Positions 1 through 12,599 of a DNA stretch of 64,000 nucleotides are shown here, piece after piece (within the stretch, counting starts at the first letter, position 1; each line of letters opens with the position of its first letter). The translations under genes were made by a program, and so were the position numbers. This DNA comes from Epiperipatus broadwayi. Lineage: Eukaryota; Animalia; Onychophora. The notes below the pieces were generated by a model. That model had not been told where the DNA came from, did no database searches, and was given only the letters and a program-made list of their open reading frames with translations. The DNA lies in the NCBI GenBank assembly GCA_028023455.1, contig JAQFVV010000005.1, positions 17,174,001 to 17,238,000 of the forward strand. The letters are read 5' to 3'.

Positions 1-102
1 GACTTAAATAATCTCCATTTACTTTCACTCCTTTAGATTCCCATTTTAATCCACAAAATACTTCTTGCAGCACTGCTGTAAAAAGTTTTGGAGATATGGA
101 GT
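1..102 (-). mobile_element. RTE-type LINE reverse transcriptase fragment
   Basis: Closely similar to 20871-20970 of the larger LINE. The minus strand reads approximately SISPKLFTAVLQEVFCGLKWESKGVKVNGDYLS, an RT motif region. Confidence 0.75.
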
Positions 103-560
103 ATTTTTTTTTTTTTATTAAGAGAGTTGATAGAGTTCAATTTCTTTTTAAATCAAATTGTAAATAGTGGAAAGAACTTTAAAAAAGACTATTGAACAGT
201 TGAAACTGTTATCTATTTTTGGACGTATGGAATAATGAACTATTGTATTTGCATTGGATAAAATGCATAGAATAAGATAGTTATTTTTTGCGTATGTTTA
301 AAAAATAAATAAGTAAACAACTAAAAAAAAAGAAATGAAACAGCTCTTTAATAATTAATCACTGTTTGCACACGTTACTATATTGATTATATTATTATCA
401 TGATGAAAAGTTGTGATATTGTAAACTGATGACATTATTTTTTAAAAAAATGTTTTTTAAAAGAATTTTAATACTTATGGCATATGTCCTTTCTTTTCTT
501 TTTTTGTAAGATCTTCAGTTTTTAGATCTTTAATCTGTATCTTATTTACTTTTTGTGTAG

Positions 561-635
561 CATTATGCAGCAGAAGCGGGAGGTGTTGCTGAACACCCTG
601 AGGAAGCTGGCATGACGGAAGATATTCTTCAAAAA
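561..635 (+). CDS. PRPF19: Pre-mRNA processing factor 19, first coding exon in the window (HYAAEAGGVAEHPEEAGMTEDILQK)
   Basis: tgtag acceptor and gtaaat donor; 75 nt, phase 0. GMTEDILQK matches the PRP19 GMTPEIIQK region. Tandem CAG/AAG acceptors just downstream make the exact start slightly uncertain. Confidence 0.85.
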
Positions 636-759
636 GTAAATTATTTACCAATATATTTATTTTTTTGTCAAATATTAAATCTGTTTGTTTTAAACATGTG
701 ATTGTTTCGTGTAAATTTTTTTTATAATTTTCTTATTTTTTTTTTTTTACTATTTTTAG

Positions 760-801
760 TTACAAGAAAAGGCAACACTTCTTACGGCTGAACGTAAAAA
801 G
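760..801 (+). CDS. PRPF19: PRP19 exon 2 in window (LQEKATLLTAERKK)
   Basis: ttttag acceptor and gtaatt donor; 42 nt; matches LQDKATVLTTERKK. Confidence 0.93.
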
Positions 802-1392
802 GTAATTATTAAGTTTTGAAGAACGATGCTTATGGATATGTGTGTGATATATAACTGATCCATGATAATCCAAGAAAAGATGTGCTAAAGACATAAAACT
901 TTAGTTTGCATTTCATTGAATTATTGAAAATCTTTTTATATCTTTAAATGGCTCCTGTATTTGTAAGAGCTTTGTTCATCATGAATTCTATATGGTAATG
1001 GAAGAAAACATTATTAGAAAATATTATTCCTAATTATTAATTAGTTAAAGACTATATTCTGATTATTTCATGCTTTTAAATCTAATCAATCTTTGCTTTG
1101 GTATTAATTAATACATAAAGGGCTTGGGCATTACATTGGAGGAAATTGGCATTAAGTTCATAGATAGCTGATAATTAATATTTATTCTTTGAAACAATTG
1201 TATTAGAAGAACTGATTGACTAGTTTTTTAGTCAGTTTGCGTAGTTTATATATATAAGTTATTAACAAATTTATTGTCTGGATTATTTAAATTATTAGAT
1301 AATACTATTTTCAGTTTAGTAGTATGTGCATTTGGTTTATATGAATATATATATTATTTTAAGAAAATTAAAAATTTTATATTTAATACTTT

Positions 1393-1606
1393 AATAATAA
1401 TCAGAAAATAATAAATTCTTTACAACAGCTATATAAATATCAAAATTTTTTATACATCAAAAGCCTTTTTCACCACCTGATTTGGTGCCCTGTTGTTACA
1501 TTTGAAAAGGGCACCAAATCAGATGCTGAAAAAGGCTTTTAATTTATAAAAAAATTTGATATTTATATAGCTGTTGTAAAGAATTTATTATTTTCTGATT
1601 ATTATT
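1393..1606. repeat. Fold-back, MITE-like hairpin with arms of about 98 bp and a 16-nt loop
   Basis: aataataatcagaaaataataaattctttacaacagc...tttggtgccct is followed by its near-perfect reverse complement agggcaccaaatc...gctgttgtaaagaatttattattttctgattattatt. Confidence 0.85.
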
Positions 1607-3079
1607 TTATGGGAGAACAGCATAAAAATATTTATTTTTTTCCAATGTAATACTTTGTAAACCATAAAAAAAGTGAGTTCCTGAGATAAAACTTACTAAA
1701 AATATTATTGTAGACAATATGACAAGTTTCTTTTTTATTTGTTTATTTTGTTGAGATCTATTGTTAACATAGTATTGGTGATGTAAATTTACTTTCTATT
1801 TCAATTTTTTGAAAGTTTAACAGTTTTATATTAGTATCAAATGTTTTAGGTGTTCTTAAACATTTTTTTATTGTATTAGAAAAATTGAGAAGTTTAATTA
1901 TCAAGTTTGATTATAGTTTTTGATACTGTCTTGAGTCACCTACACTAACTATTATAATAGGATTTTGTGTTTGTGCAAGCACCTTTCCAGCCTTTAGCTA
2001 CATAAGCAGCAAATCTTTACTTTGTTTTCTGTATTCTTTGTCTTTATTCTCTAGAATTAGAATGGTGAAACTCATTTACAAGTGATTCCCAATGTTATTT
2101 TTAATTATTACTAATGAGCAATTTAATTATATTGATTTTAATTAAATGTGTAATAAATAATATATAAAAGATTTTTATATGCATTCAAACTTATAACTTA
2201 TTTTGTGCTGTATGATTTACACATATAAATATAATAGATAGGAACAATTTTTTTTAATGCATATTATTTTATTGTTTAAGCAGAAATGAAAATTAAACTT
2301 TTGAGGTATTGTTACTGTGCTAGATCTGTTACATCTTTGAAAATATTATTTCATTAACTCCTATTTTTATTTGTTTAATTTACTGCAACTTTCATGTATC
2401 TCCCAATAAAAAATTATTTGTACAATTTATATATTCCTGAGATCTTATTAGTTTTAATCATTAAGCAGATGTACATTGCTCTTTTTAAAAACGGAAAGTC
2501 TGATAAGAAATAATTATTTAATTAATGACTTATTTCAATTAACAAATTGATAATGAAAAAATAATAACTTATTAAAAATATTAAATTTTTTGTATTTTTT
2601 AGAGACTAGACCATAAAAGGAATCTGAGTAAAAAGTTAATCTGCATAGAAAAAAGAAGATATTAACATTTTATTTTATTATTACACTGTTTTATACTTTA
2701 TGAAGAATATTGGGAAAATTTTGGTTTAAATAAACAGTAATTCATATTAGTATGAGTTTCTTGAGTTACCTATCTTTGAATAAAGAATTTATATATAAGT
2801 CAGAGGTAGTTGTGTAGTTTAGGGCAATGTTGGAGTTGGTGGGCTCAAGCACTTATAGCTCTGGATCTATTTGCAGATAAGAAAAGTAAGAAAACTCATT
2901 TTGATCAACTCAACGATAGAGGGAAACTCTCGCATTCAATGTACCTATTTGGATGGGGGAACATTGAACACTTGGGTGCTCATGTTTTAGTATGATCTTC
3001 CAGTCAAATGTGCATATGATTTATTTATTTGCTTTGCTTTCAAATATATTATACAATTATACAGTTTAATATCCTGCAT

Positions 3080-3150
3080 GGTTTGGTATGTGGCAGAGTG
3101 ACAGACTCTGGAGCTTAGATTCATGGATTACTCTCAGCTGTGTCACTTCC
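3080..3150 (+). mobile_element. tRNA-derived SINE remnant; related copies at about 17165-17225(-), 20000-20108(-), 35985-36045(-) and 55513-55590(-)
   Basis: Recurring core gtggyagartg..ctctggagct.....catggat...cagct.tgtcactt with decayed A/B-box-like spacing. Some copies share the tail gtgctcraacttctta. Confidence 0.5.
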
Positions 3151-5074
3151 GATATTACTCTAACCTCTCGAGCGATCAAGCCATTTGATTTTTGTTTTTT
3201 ATCAGCTGTTGCAGATGCAAATCTGAATTGAATGGAATAAAAAGTGTAATGGAATTAGAAGGAATTAGACTTGGAGCTAGATTAAAAAAAAGATAAGAAT
3301 TGAGATGATTGTATTTGATATGAAGTTGTGTCATTGATGCTCAGGGTAGAGATAGTCTGTCAAAAGTATTTGGGATAATTGATTAATCCAGATAGTTTGA
3401 GTAAAAGTCCATAAAGTAGTTATTTTTTGATACATCATCTGTAACAATAAAATGAAATGATTGTTTGTTAAATTAGTAAATATATATTTGGTCTTTTGTG
3501 ATCACATGATGTCATTTAACAAAATATTCGAAAATAGTTTTTGGTGAAGATTACTAGCCTTTATAGAGATGATATCTGTCTTGCTAATAACCGATAATCA
3601 AAGTGTGTGTGTTGTAATTAATAATACTGCATTAATTCCTAGATCTTTGATTTTTGAAGCTCTTTTAATATTAGTTGAAAATTAAAGTTAATATTTTTCA
3701 CTTGAGATTCTTCTAGTCAAGTAAGTTCATTTTTTATGATCAAAATTGAGCACATCTTTTCTGTTTTTCACTGTCACAAAAGACTGCTATGACTTGTAAG
3801 ATCATTTATTGCAAAGTCTCGTGGTTCATATAATTGTAGTTTTAATCCAAAATCTTTTATTATGGTATTAATCACATGATCTTAAAGCAAGATTCTTAAT
3901 GAAATTTTCTGAAAGAATAGAATGTAAATTTTTAAAGCATTAAATTTTGCATGCATGCATATATTTTTGATTTAATGTTTTTATCATAAGCATTAGTACT
4001 AAATTTTACTTTTTTAAAAATAGCATTTAATGAGTTTTAAACACTTGTTGTTTAATTAGTATAGTAATAATTTTAGTGTATGCTTTACTTAATGTGCATG
4101 TTGGATTTTTATTAATAGACATGTAAAAGTGTATAATATGGACCAAGACACTGGTGTTCTTGATCATTCTATTATAAATTGTTAATGATTTTAGGTTTAA
4201 ACAGGTAGTCTCATCTGTAATAAAACAGAAAAACATGAATAGGTAGGGGAGAATTAGAGTTGAATAACGATTCATGGACTTTGAGCACTAGAATCAATCT
4301 CTCTTCCCTTGCACTAAATCATGCAGTGTGCTGATAATTTCAGTGATATAGCTAAGTGAGTGAAAAATCAAGACATTGAAAAATGAATATATATATTCAA
4401 TGAAAAACCAAAGGAGTTATATTTAAAAAAAAAAGAGATTAGAAATATTTTTCCAATAGATAATTTACAGAAATTTTCAATTTTGTCATTTTATATATCA
4501 AAATAGTTCAAGAGAGATGAGAAAATTACACCCATTCTTATGAAAGCAAACCATGAGTTGTTAGATAATTTCTTACTGATTTATTCCAAAAGATAGTGCT
4601 CATACATTTTTGAATTGGATAGGATTGTAAAGCATTTGTATGGTGCAAATTGACTTCTCATCTATAAGTTGATTTAATTATCATAGCACAGTTATTATTA
4701 CAGAAATTATGTTTTTTCGTTCTTCAGTCAGGAGTGGAACTAATCTCCCATTTATTAAAATTCTACTTTCACTATTGAGCATTTTCATTCAATTACTGAC
4801 AATTATTCAATAATTAATTTTTTATGCAGAATTAGATATACATTTTGCTGTACCATTAATTATTATAATATAGTAACTATGATCCTTTTGTATGGATGAG
4901 GTGACAAGAAAATTTGCTGGTTCATTATTTTTATTTAATAGAATATGTCATTATTTTTTTAAAAAGTCATTTATGATAGTGTTTTTTTTGCGGGTGGGGT
5001 GGGGGGACAATTATTTTAATTTTTATATTGAATTGAATATTATTATTAATTTTGTTTTGGTGACTTAATTTCAG

Positions 5075-5149
5075 AGAGGCAAACAAGTTCCTGAAGACTT
5101 GGCTAAAAGTGATGTCATTAGGGAATATAAACAAGTTGTTTCTCATCCT
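5075..5149 (+). CDS. PRPF19: PRP19 exon 3 in window (RGKQVPEDLAKSDVIREYKQVVSHP)
   Basis: tttcag acceptor and gtaagt donor; 75 nt; matches RGKTVPEEL...YRQVASH. Confidence 0.95.
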
Positions 5150-7668
5150 GTAAGTATTCAAATAACTTTAATTACATTTATGAGATTAATTTGAATAATT
5201 TTTATAATATCCTTATTTAACTTTTTTTAAACAAAATCATTTAATTATATATCATTGCCAAGAGTTTTTTTTTTTGAGCCAATATCTCCCTTTCATTACA
5301 TAACTTAATGTCACATATTTAGATGTAGAAAATTTTTGTATGCTTTTATTATAAAGATAATGTAAGCTATATAGTTTAGACTCTAAAGTTATATTGTAAA
5401 AATTAAACATTTTCTTTTGAGAGAAAGAAAAAAAAGGAATTTGAAAATTTGAAGATTCTTTCTCATATTTTTCATCTCAAAGAGCTTGAATTAAAATATC
5501 ACTACTTTTATAGGTAATATTTTTTTATAAGTGTTAAGTAAGATCTTTTGCATTCTCAATCTTAAAGGTGGTTATCATGTTATTAAAATTCCAAAAACTT
5601 AACCATCCTATGTTCCTTCCAAATGAAATAAAGCTTCATAAAGATCATAGTACTTTTTCCCCACAAAGTTTGTTTTATTTTATTGTTATCATAGTTTTGT
5701 TTACATGAATTACCAATGAATTCATATCATAGCTGTTACCAAGTTATCTACAACATATGACATAGTTTAATTATTTGTCATAAGGAGTTTAATACGTTGG
5801 CATGTTTGGATCACAAATTACAACATAAAAATATGATCATGTGTTTTGTATCTTAACCCAGTACGGAACAACACACATCCTAAATTTTGTTTTTTAAATT
5901 GGGCAAAACTGTTATTGAAGCATTTGAAATAATTCATATTGGGTATGGTGTTGAAGCCATGATCCATAAAGATAGGAAACATACTGTCATGTTTAATGTC
6001 CTAACCTGTGATTCAGATTATGCTAGTTTCTTAAATTTTTTGTGCTGAATAATTAAATTATCTTTCTATGTAACACATGCATTGATTCAGAGATGGCGTT
6101 GCAAGAAGTTTGGAGAAAGAACCAGGTATCTGTCTGTTCACTGGGACATACTGTATAAAAAATGAAGCTATGAAACTAATGAAAATTCAGCACTATACCT
6201 AGAAATTGAAAAGTAAAGTTTAAATTTAAAGATGTAAGTTGAAAGAGTAAAGTGAATAAAATTAAATGCATTATTTGAAATATTGAAAAGAAAGTATGGA
6301 TTAAGAAGTATTATGATATTTTACTCTTATGTTTTTTATTACTAATTCTTTTTTAATAACATGTCAATTCCTATTTCATCTTTTAGTATTTTTAAATGAA
6401 AACTCTTCTCTTAGAATCCTTCTATTTAAATCACCACCATCACATTTCATTGATTTATATTTTTCTCTCTATAAGTCATAATTATTGGAAGAAAATAAAT
6501 TGCTAAATCATAAATTACATAATAGATATTAAGGCATTTTTCTAACATTCATCCTCCTTGACTTTCAATTATTTAATTGGAATTTCATTAACTATAATTT
6601 CTAAAAAAAAAAAAAAAAAACATAGATGTTTTGAATTTGCCATATCTTTTACTGTAAAGGTATGATATGAATGTTTTAAATAATTATATTCATTCTACAA
6701 AAAAAATAAGGAGAAAATGTAAATTTGCTTGATGTTATGAATATTTGTATATAAAAATTATTTTACATATCCAAGTTATAATTTGGAAGAGCATTAAAAT
6801 ATTTAATTTTGAATTTAATGTCAGACATAAATACCTCTTTCATCACTACACATCTCTATTCTAGTGTATTTCACTTTTTTTTCTTCAATGTATGACTTAT
6901 ATATTTACCAGTTACATAATTTAAAATTTAAGAAAAATTCATATGCTGTATTTTTTTTTTTTTACTAAAAGGAAAGCACAGCTGTAAAAAAGTATATATA
7001 TTACTGGGCATGTGCATTTCATGGAATATTCTTAGGAGGAGTAAGATTTGACATAGATCCTAATTCATCATAATTTTTAAATATGCTGAAACAGAATTTT
7101 CATATATTGTACAAGAATAAAATTTTTATTTAAAATATAATATTGATTTTTGTAGAAAATATTTTTTATTAAATTATAGTATTTATACTTGTAAAAAAAT
7201 TATAATTTTATAAATTCTCTCTTTTTCAAATTTAAAACTATGCGCCTGAAACCTTAATGTATATTACTTTAATATGCGCTTTATAAATATAATTATTACA
7301 TATCAATTAAAGTACAAAAACAAGGGAGATTTTTGTTTTTTATTTATTAGCAGTAAATTAAATTTTATTTCCTATAAAATTGTTCATTGAAGGGCATTCT
7401 TTTCTTTAAATACTATTAAAAATGTAGTTTCAAATAATTTACGCTCATATAAATTACCAATAATACTCTTAATAACTATAATTGTTTAAAGACAACATGC
7501 TCCAATATTCGGTAGTAGTAAAAAGTTTATAATTTTTTTATTTATTCAGTCTTGCATAACATTATGTTTTTATCTATTTTACTAATAACTGTTCTTTATT
7601 TATTTCAGCAGTTGGTTGAATTCTATTACCCTCTTTTTATTTATTAATTTTTTATTTTTATTAAACTT

Positions 7669-8286
7669 TTAAGGCTATAACCTTAGGACTATGCACCTAA
7701 ATATAACAGTAGGGACCTCTACAAATCTTTAACACAAGATTAATGACTTTAAAAGACAAGAGCGGAGCGGCCACTCTTTTATCTTCAACTTACTTTTTAA
7801 TTATATAGGCGAATCTAAAGTATTTTGATTTGCGAGCATGAAGCTATTGAATACTTCGCTGATTAAGTCCACAATTTCTATTACAAGCTAACGTTCGCAA
7901 AATCTTTCGATTTACAGCAAGTCAGTATAAAGCACTTATGATTAGAAATATTTTAAGACAATTTAAAGTTGTAACTAATAATTTGTTAAGCGCATATTCA
8001 TTACCTAAGTAATATATATTAAGGCTATAACCTTAAGACTATGCGCCTTAATCAGTGAAGTATTCAATAGCTTTATGCTCACAAATCAAAATGCTTTAGA
8101 TTCGCCTATATAATTAAAAAGTAGGTTGAAGATAAGAGTGGCCGCTCTTGTCTTTTAAAATCGTTAATCTTGTGTTAAAGATTTGTAGAGGTTTCTACTA
8201 TTGTATTTAGGCACATAGTCTTAAGTTTATAAACTTAATATATATTGCTTAGGTAATGAGTATGCGCTTAACAAATTATTAGTTAA
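7669..8286. mobile_element. Rearranged fold-back/MITE with nested inverted repeats (block order A-B-C-D-A-B'-A'-D')
   Basis: 7700-7867 is the reverse complement of about 8048-8210. 7971-8047 is the reverse complement of about 8208-8286. Motifs aggctataacct and agtagggacctctac are shared with 58276-58512. A partial copy lies at about 7240-7290. Confidence 0.7.
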
Positions 8287-8771
8287 ACTTACTTTTCTTT
8301 TGCAATTTTTTAGCCTCGTTGTATTATCTTTCTAGTCATATCTGTCCAACTTTATCACTTTTTTTTTTTCAGTTTATTGTTGAGATGTTATACCTGTTTT
8401 TCTTCTCTATTAGTATTTATATTTATCATTTTCTTTTTTTTTCATCTCAGTAGTAATGTTTTTGTTTTTTTTATTTCTTTATAAAGGTCATCTTATCTCT
8501 TTTTTTTTTAATTCTTATCTATAATAGTTGAGATTTTTTTCTTAATATCTATCGATTTATCTAATGTTTACTTTTAACAGATACATTATTCTGTCATTTC
8601 ATATATTTATTTTAAGCATAATTAGTGTGGCTTGGTGGATTAATGTGGATAATCCTAATAAAATTTTATTTAGATCATATATAGAGAAATACAAAAATTT
8701 TTTTTCAGTATTTTATTTACATAAACTTATCAAATTATTTCTCATTAAATTATTTGATTTATATTTTTCAG

Positions 8772-8847
8772 GGTCTTCATAGTGCTAGTGTTCCAGGTAT
8801 ATTGGCTATGGATATTCATGCTGCTGATACTAGCAAGATTTTAACTG
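8772..8847 (+). CDS. PRPF19: PRP19 exon 4 in window (GLHSASVPGILAMDIHAADTSKILT-G), start of the WD40 region
   Basis: tttcag acceptor and gtaaga donor; 76 nt; matches GLHSASIPGILALD...TNKILTG. Confidence 0.96.
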
Positions 8848-10350
8848 GTAAGATGTGTTAAATGTTTTATTACTATTCTTATGGGTGCAAAGCATTCAAA
8901 GAATAATGTTTACTAATACACATATCACATAATGGCATCATCCAAAAATGGTATGTCACAATTTACTCATAGACTATCAATTTAATATCTCTTAGATATT
9001 GTATCTGATACATTTTTCTCATTTACAATTTTCATTACTCCTGTCATTTGTAAAAATGTGTATATATACAATATATATATATTAGTAATTATTAAAATTA
9101 TTTATATTGAAGTTTGGTAATATTTTTGCCATTTGCAAATAGTTCTCCAATAATTGTAAAAAACTCACGTGTATCATCTCATTGAAACAGTAAGAAAAGT
9201 AGATTTGTAAGAAAGGCTTTAATTTTATCTGTTTGACAATCTACATTTTTTTAATTATGTTTGTTAATGTTTTAATGTGAGTAAAGTACTAATTTTCAAA
9301 TTAAACACATTACAGGTGTAAGTATAAATTGTATATATATATTGTACCGGACAGAATTGTGTATTCATCTAACAAGAGTCAGAATCTAGGCAAAAGTACC
9401 TTAAATCCACTCATGCCCGAGATATACAGGCCAGGAGCAATCGTGGATTCTGCCCTATTTACCCTTCTCTAAAACTATAATACTATGAACAACATTTCTG
9501 ATAACATATGAAATTTATTAATTCCAGTTCTGGAGACACAGCTGAGAAACAAGAGATCTACAGGGAAATATTGGTGCTACATGACTTTGAACCCCTAACA
9601 GGATGTGCTATTTTCTAATTATATTACTATTTTGCTAAGTTGTTAATAAATGTAAAGATTGGCTTAAGATCAATGGAATCTAAGCCATAAATAATGCAAT
9701 TTAATTAACGATGTATACGCATAAAACATGAAACAAGAATAAACAAAGAATATTTTATTAAATGTTAATAATTTGTTCATAATAATTTGTTAGAATTTTG
9801 AGTAAATAAATATGGATTGTAGAAGTTAAATAAATACATTGGTGAATCTATTTACACATCATAATTAATAGCATCTGGGTTTCACATGATCATTGGTAGC
9901 GATTTGCGTATTCTAAAGATTGCATATTAGAGCAGAGATTAATGATTAAAGAATATTGAAATGCAAGTTACATAGATGAATAAAAGTCAATAAATAATCA
10001 AAACAATGCAGCTTAATATGCTAATGGAGGGAGATATCAGATTTACACTGATTTTATATTTTGACCACTATGATTTATTTAATAGAAAATAAATGACCTT
10101 AATGAATATGGATAAATGGAATTTGATTTACATAATTTCCTTTATAACAGTTTTATTTCAAACAGACATTAAAACATATTTATTTAGATTACAAAGTTTA
10201 TTCATCAATCATTGAAAGAAATGGTTATTTGTGTGTTTATTACATCATTCTATTATTAAACAGGCAAAACTCTCCATACAATTATGTGCTAGCATAAGAG
10301 ATGGTGATCATGTGATGTTTAGTGGTTTACATCATTCTGCTTTGACAGAA

Positions 10351-12440
10351 TTGTTTTCTCATCCCTGGTGTTCGCCGCAGGATGGCGTTGATGCTATTCA
10401 AAAACATATACATATAACGATTCCGGGGCCGGACCTGTGTGATTGATTTGATATAAAAAGATCTGATTTATTAGATTTCTAATAAAATATTCTAGTAACT
10501 AATACTATTATATGATGTTAGTCTTTCATTTTTGTAAATGTTTATTAATATTATATTGTTTTTTAGTTTGTGTGTGTGTCTTTAAAGTTACGGTGTTTTT
10601 TTCTAATTTTTTTTTTTTGACTTTATGTATGTTTTTTTAAAGTTACAGTGTATTTTTTTCAAGAATAAATAAATAATTTTATTAAACAGCAATACGTAAT
10701 TATAAATCTATAAAAAGTAATGTAATTTATACAACATTTACTATTATTATTTTGTGTGTGTTTTAATTATACACATACATTACTACAAATGGAAAATAAT
10801 TCACAGCAATAACTAAAAAGGAAAATAAACCCTCCCAAATATTTAAATGAGTTCGAAGACTAACAAATAATCTTCGAACTTGGGGGGGGAAGTATTGTTA
10901 TGTAGGTGTATAATTAAAATACACACAAAATAATAATAGTAACTGTTGTAAATGGGGATTTAATATTTAATCGTATGTACGTGTATAATTTATCACATAT
11001 ACATATGCAAGTTATATATATATATGTGAAGATAAAAATACTTCGTTAATTTAAAATCATCTTAGACTTTAATAGTTGTGTTATTTTGTAAAACAGCAAG
11101 AAAACAAATCCTTTTAGATAGGAAGGTTAATTAACAAAGGAACTTTGCAGATAAACAAGATGAATAATTAAAAAAGTAATCGGGGGGTAATCAATCAAAG
11201 TAAAACATAAGTCTAAATCTGCTTCTGCAAGTCAACTGGGAGGGATTGATCCGACCAGGACGGATGGACAAGATTTGACCAATCAAATCCAGAAAAATCG
11301 GAACTGGCGAAATGAGTGAAAGTGTAAAGCATCGGGCACTTACAAACTGGGAGTTCTACTGATGCAGATGAACTGTGAAAGGTGCTGAACGTTGCTTATT
11401 TAGCATGGTAGCCCCAGAGCAGACTGCTGGCCTCCGAACATCCAAGAGTCAGCATGTAGGGCTATGAAATAGGTCGCAGAGATCTTTATTCTTATTATTT
11501 TGGTATACCTTCGGGTTTGTTGATATAAATGTGTAATGATTGTTTTAATGTATTCGTGTAAATATGTATATATTAGTGTATTGTAATTAAATCTGCTTTT
11601 CTTATTCTACCGGCGTTAGTCTCCGTGATTATGATTATTGTATGCATATAGGCAGGGCAAGGTTGGCTTACTGCATATTGTTCGCCAGCGAGTATTATAA
11701 CTGGCAGACATAACAGATCTTTATTAGCATCACTTCGCATTTACTCACCACAAAGACACTTTTTCTATTTCAACAGGATATTTTTATTTTGCAAATACGC
11801 CACAGCGCTGGCTTCAGTTGATGGCAATTCCCACAGCTTCAAATACTCCAAGTTAGAGGCGGCCATTTTACTTGTTCTTGAACGAATTCTCGTGAGAACA
11901 TTATCTGTCGCGTGGTTGTCAAATAACCGCTGTCATGTATCCTTTCAAATAACTTTTTGAGGGTTACACATTCCTCATGGAAGCTTCATGTCATTATTAA
12001 TAAACTTACAACACTAAAGTAAGTTACAGCACATTAAAAAAAAAATATGTCTAATCAAATTTTAAAAAACTACGACTGGCTCAAATACACACACTCTCAC
12101 ACCAAATTACAGAAAAAATAGATATTCTCCTATTACGAGAAAATGAATAACAAAATCAACTATTGGCAGCCAATAAAGGCATTTCTCTTTGCTTTTAGCA
12201 TAGAAAAAAAAAAGCTATAACCGGCAGCCATCGTCGGGAACTCTTTCTGTGTTTTATAGAAAGAAGTCTCTTTGGGTTGGCTTCTGTCGCTGCCCAACAT
12301 AACGTGAGAACTCTTTTTCTGCGTTTATAGCGTAGAAAATTTCCTCGTTTGTTGGGTGAATGTCGGTGAAACGGTATATTTCTAGGAATTGACCTAGAAA
12401 TAGTGCCATCTCGAGGCGAACACCAGGGATGAGAAAACAA
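10351..12440. mobile_element. Non-autonomous TIR DNA element of about 2.1 kb including a nested LTR; superfamily unassigned
   Basis: ttgttttctcatccctggtgttcgcc at 10351-10376 has a perfect 26-bp reverse complement at 12415-12440, with imperfect extension to gatggc. No clear TSD. Confidence 0.65.
10896..11715 (+). mobile_element. LTR retrotransposon 3' LTR (820 bp) preceded by a polypurine tract
   Basis: Ends TGTTATGT...ACATAACA are a perfect 8-bp inverted pair (TG..CA). A G-rich tract gggggggga agta lies immediately upstream (10882-10894). There is a TATA-like ctatgaaatagg at about 11463 and a polyA-like attaaa at about 11586. GC content is above background. Confidence 0.6.
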
Positions 12441-12599
12441 CCGAAAATTATTACTTAGCATATCTAAAGATCATTTATTGAGAGGACGGATAGCTTAAAT
12501 TAGCTTTAACATGACCTTTCTAACTTATAAAATATATAAAAGGAAAGAATAGGATGGTTTACAAAATCACAGCATTATGACTTATAGATTAATAGCGGG

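Noticed and set aside
400-435. TGATGA...CTGA resembling a C/D-box snoRNA
   Set aside because: Only about 30 nt long, with no terminal stem or guide; no convincing intronic snoRNA was found.
4715-4745. Minus-strand CTGAAGA-AC-GAAA
   Set aside because: Stem II is absent, and such a match is expected by chance.
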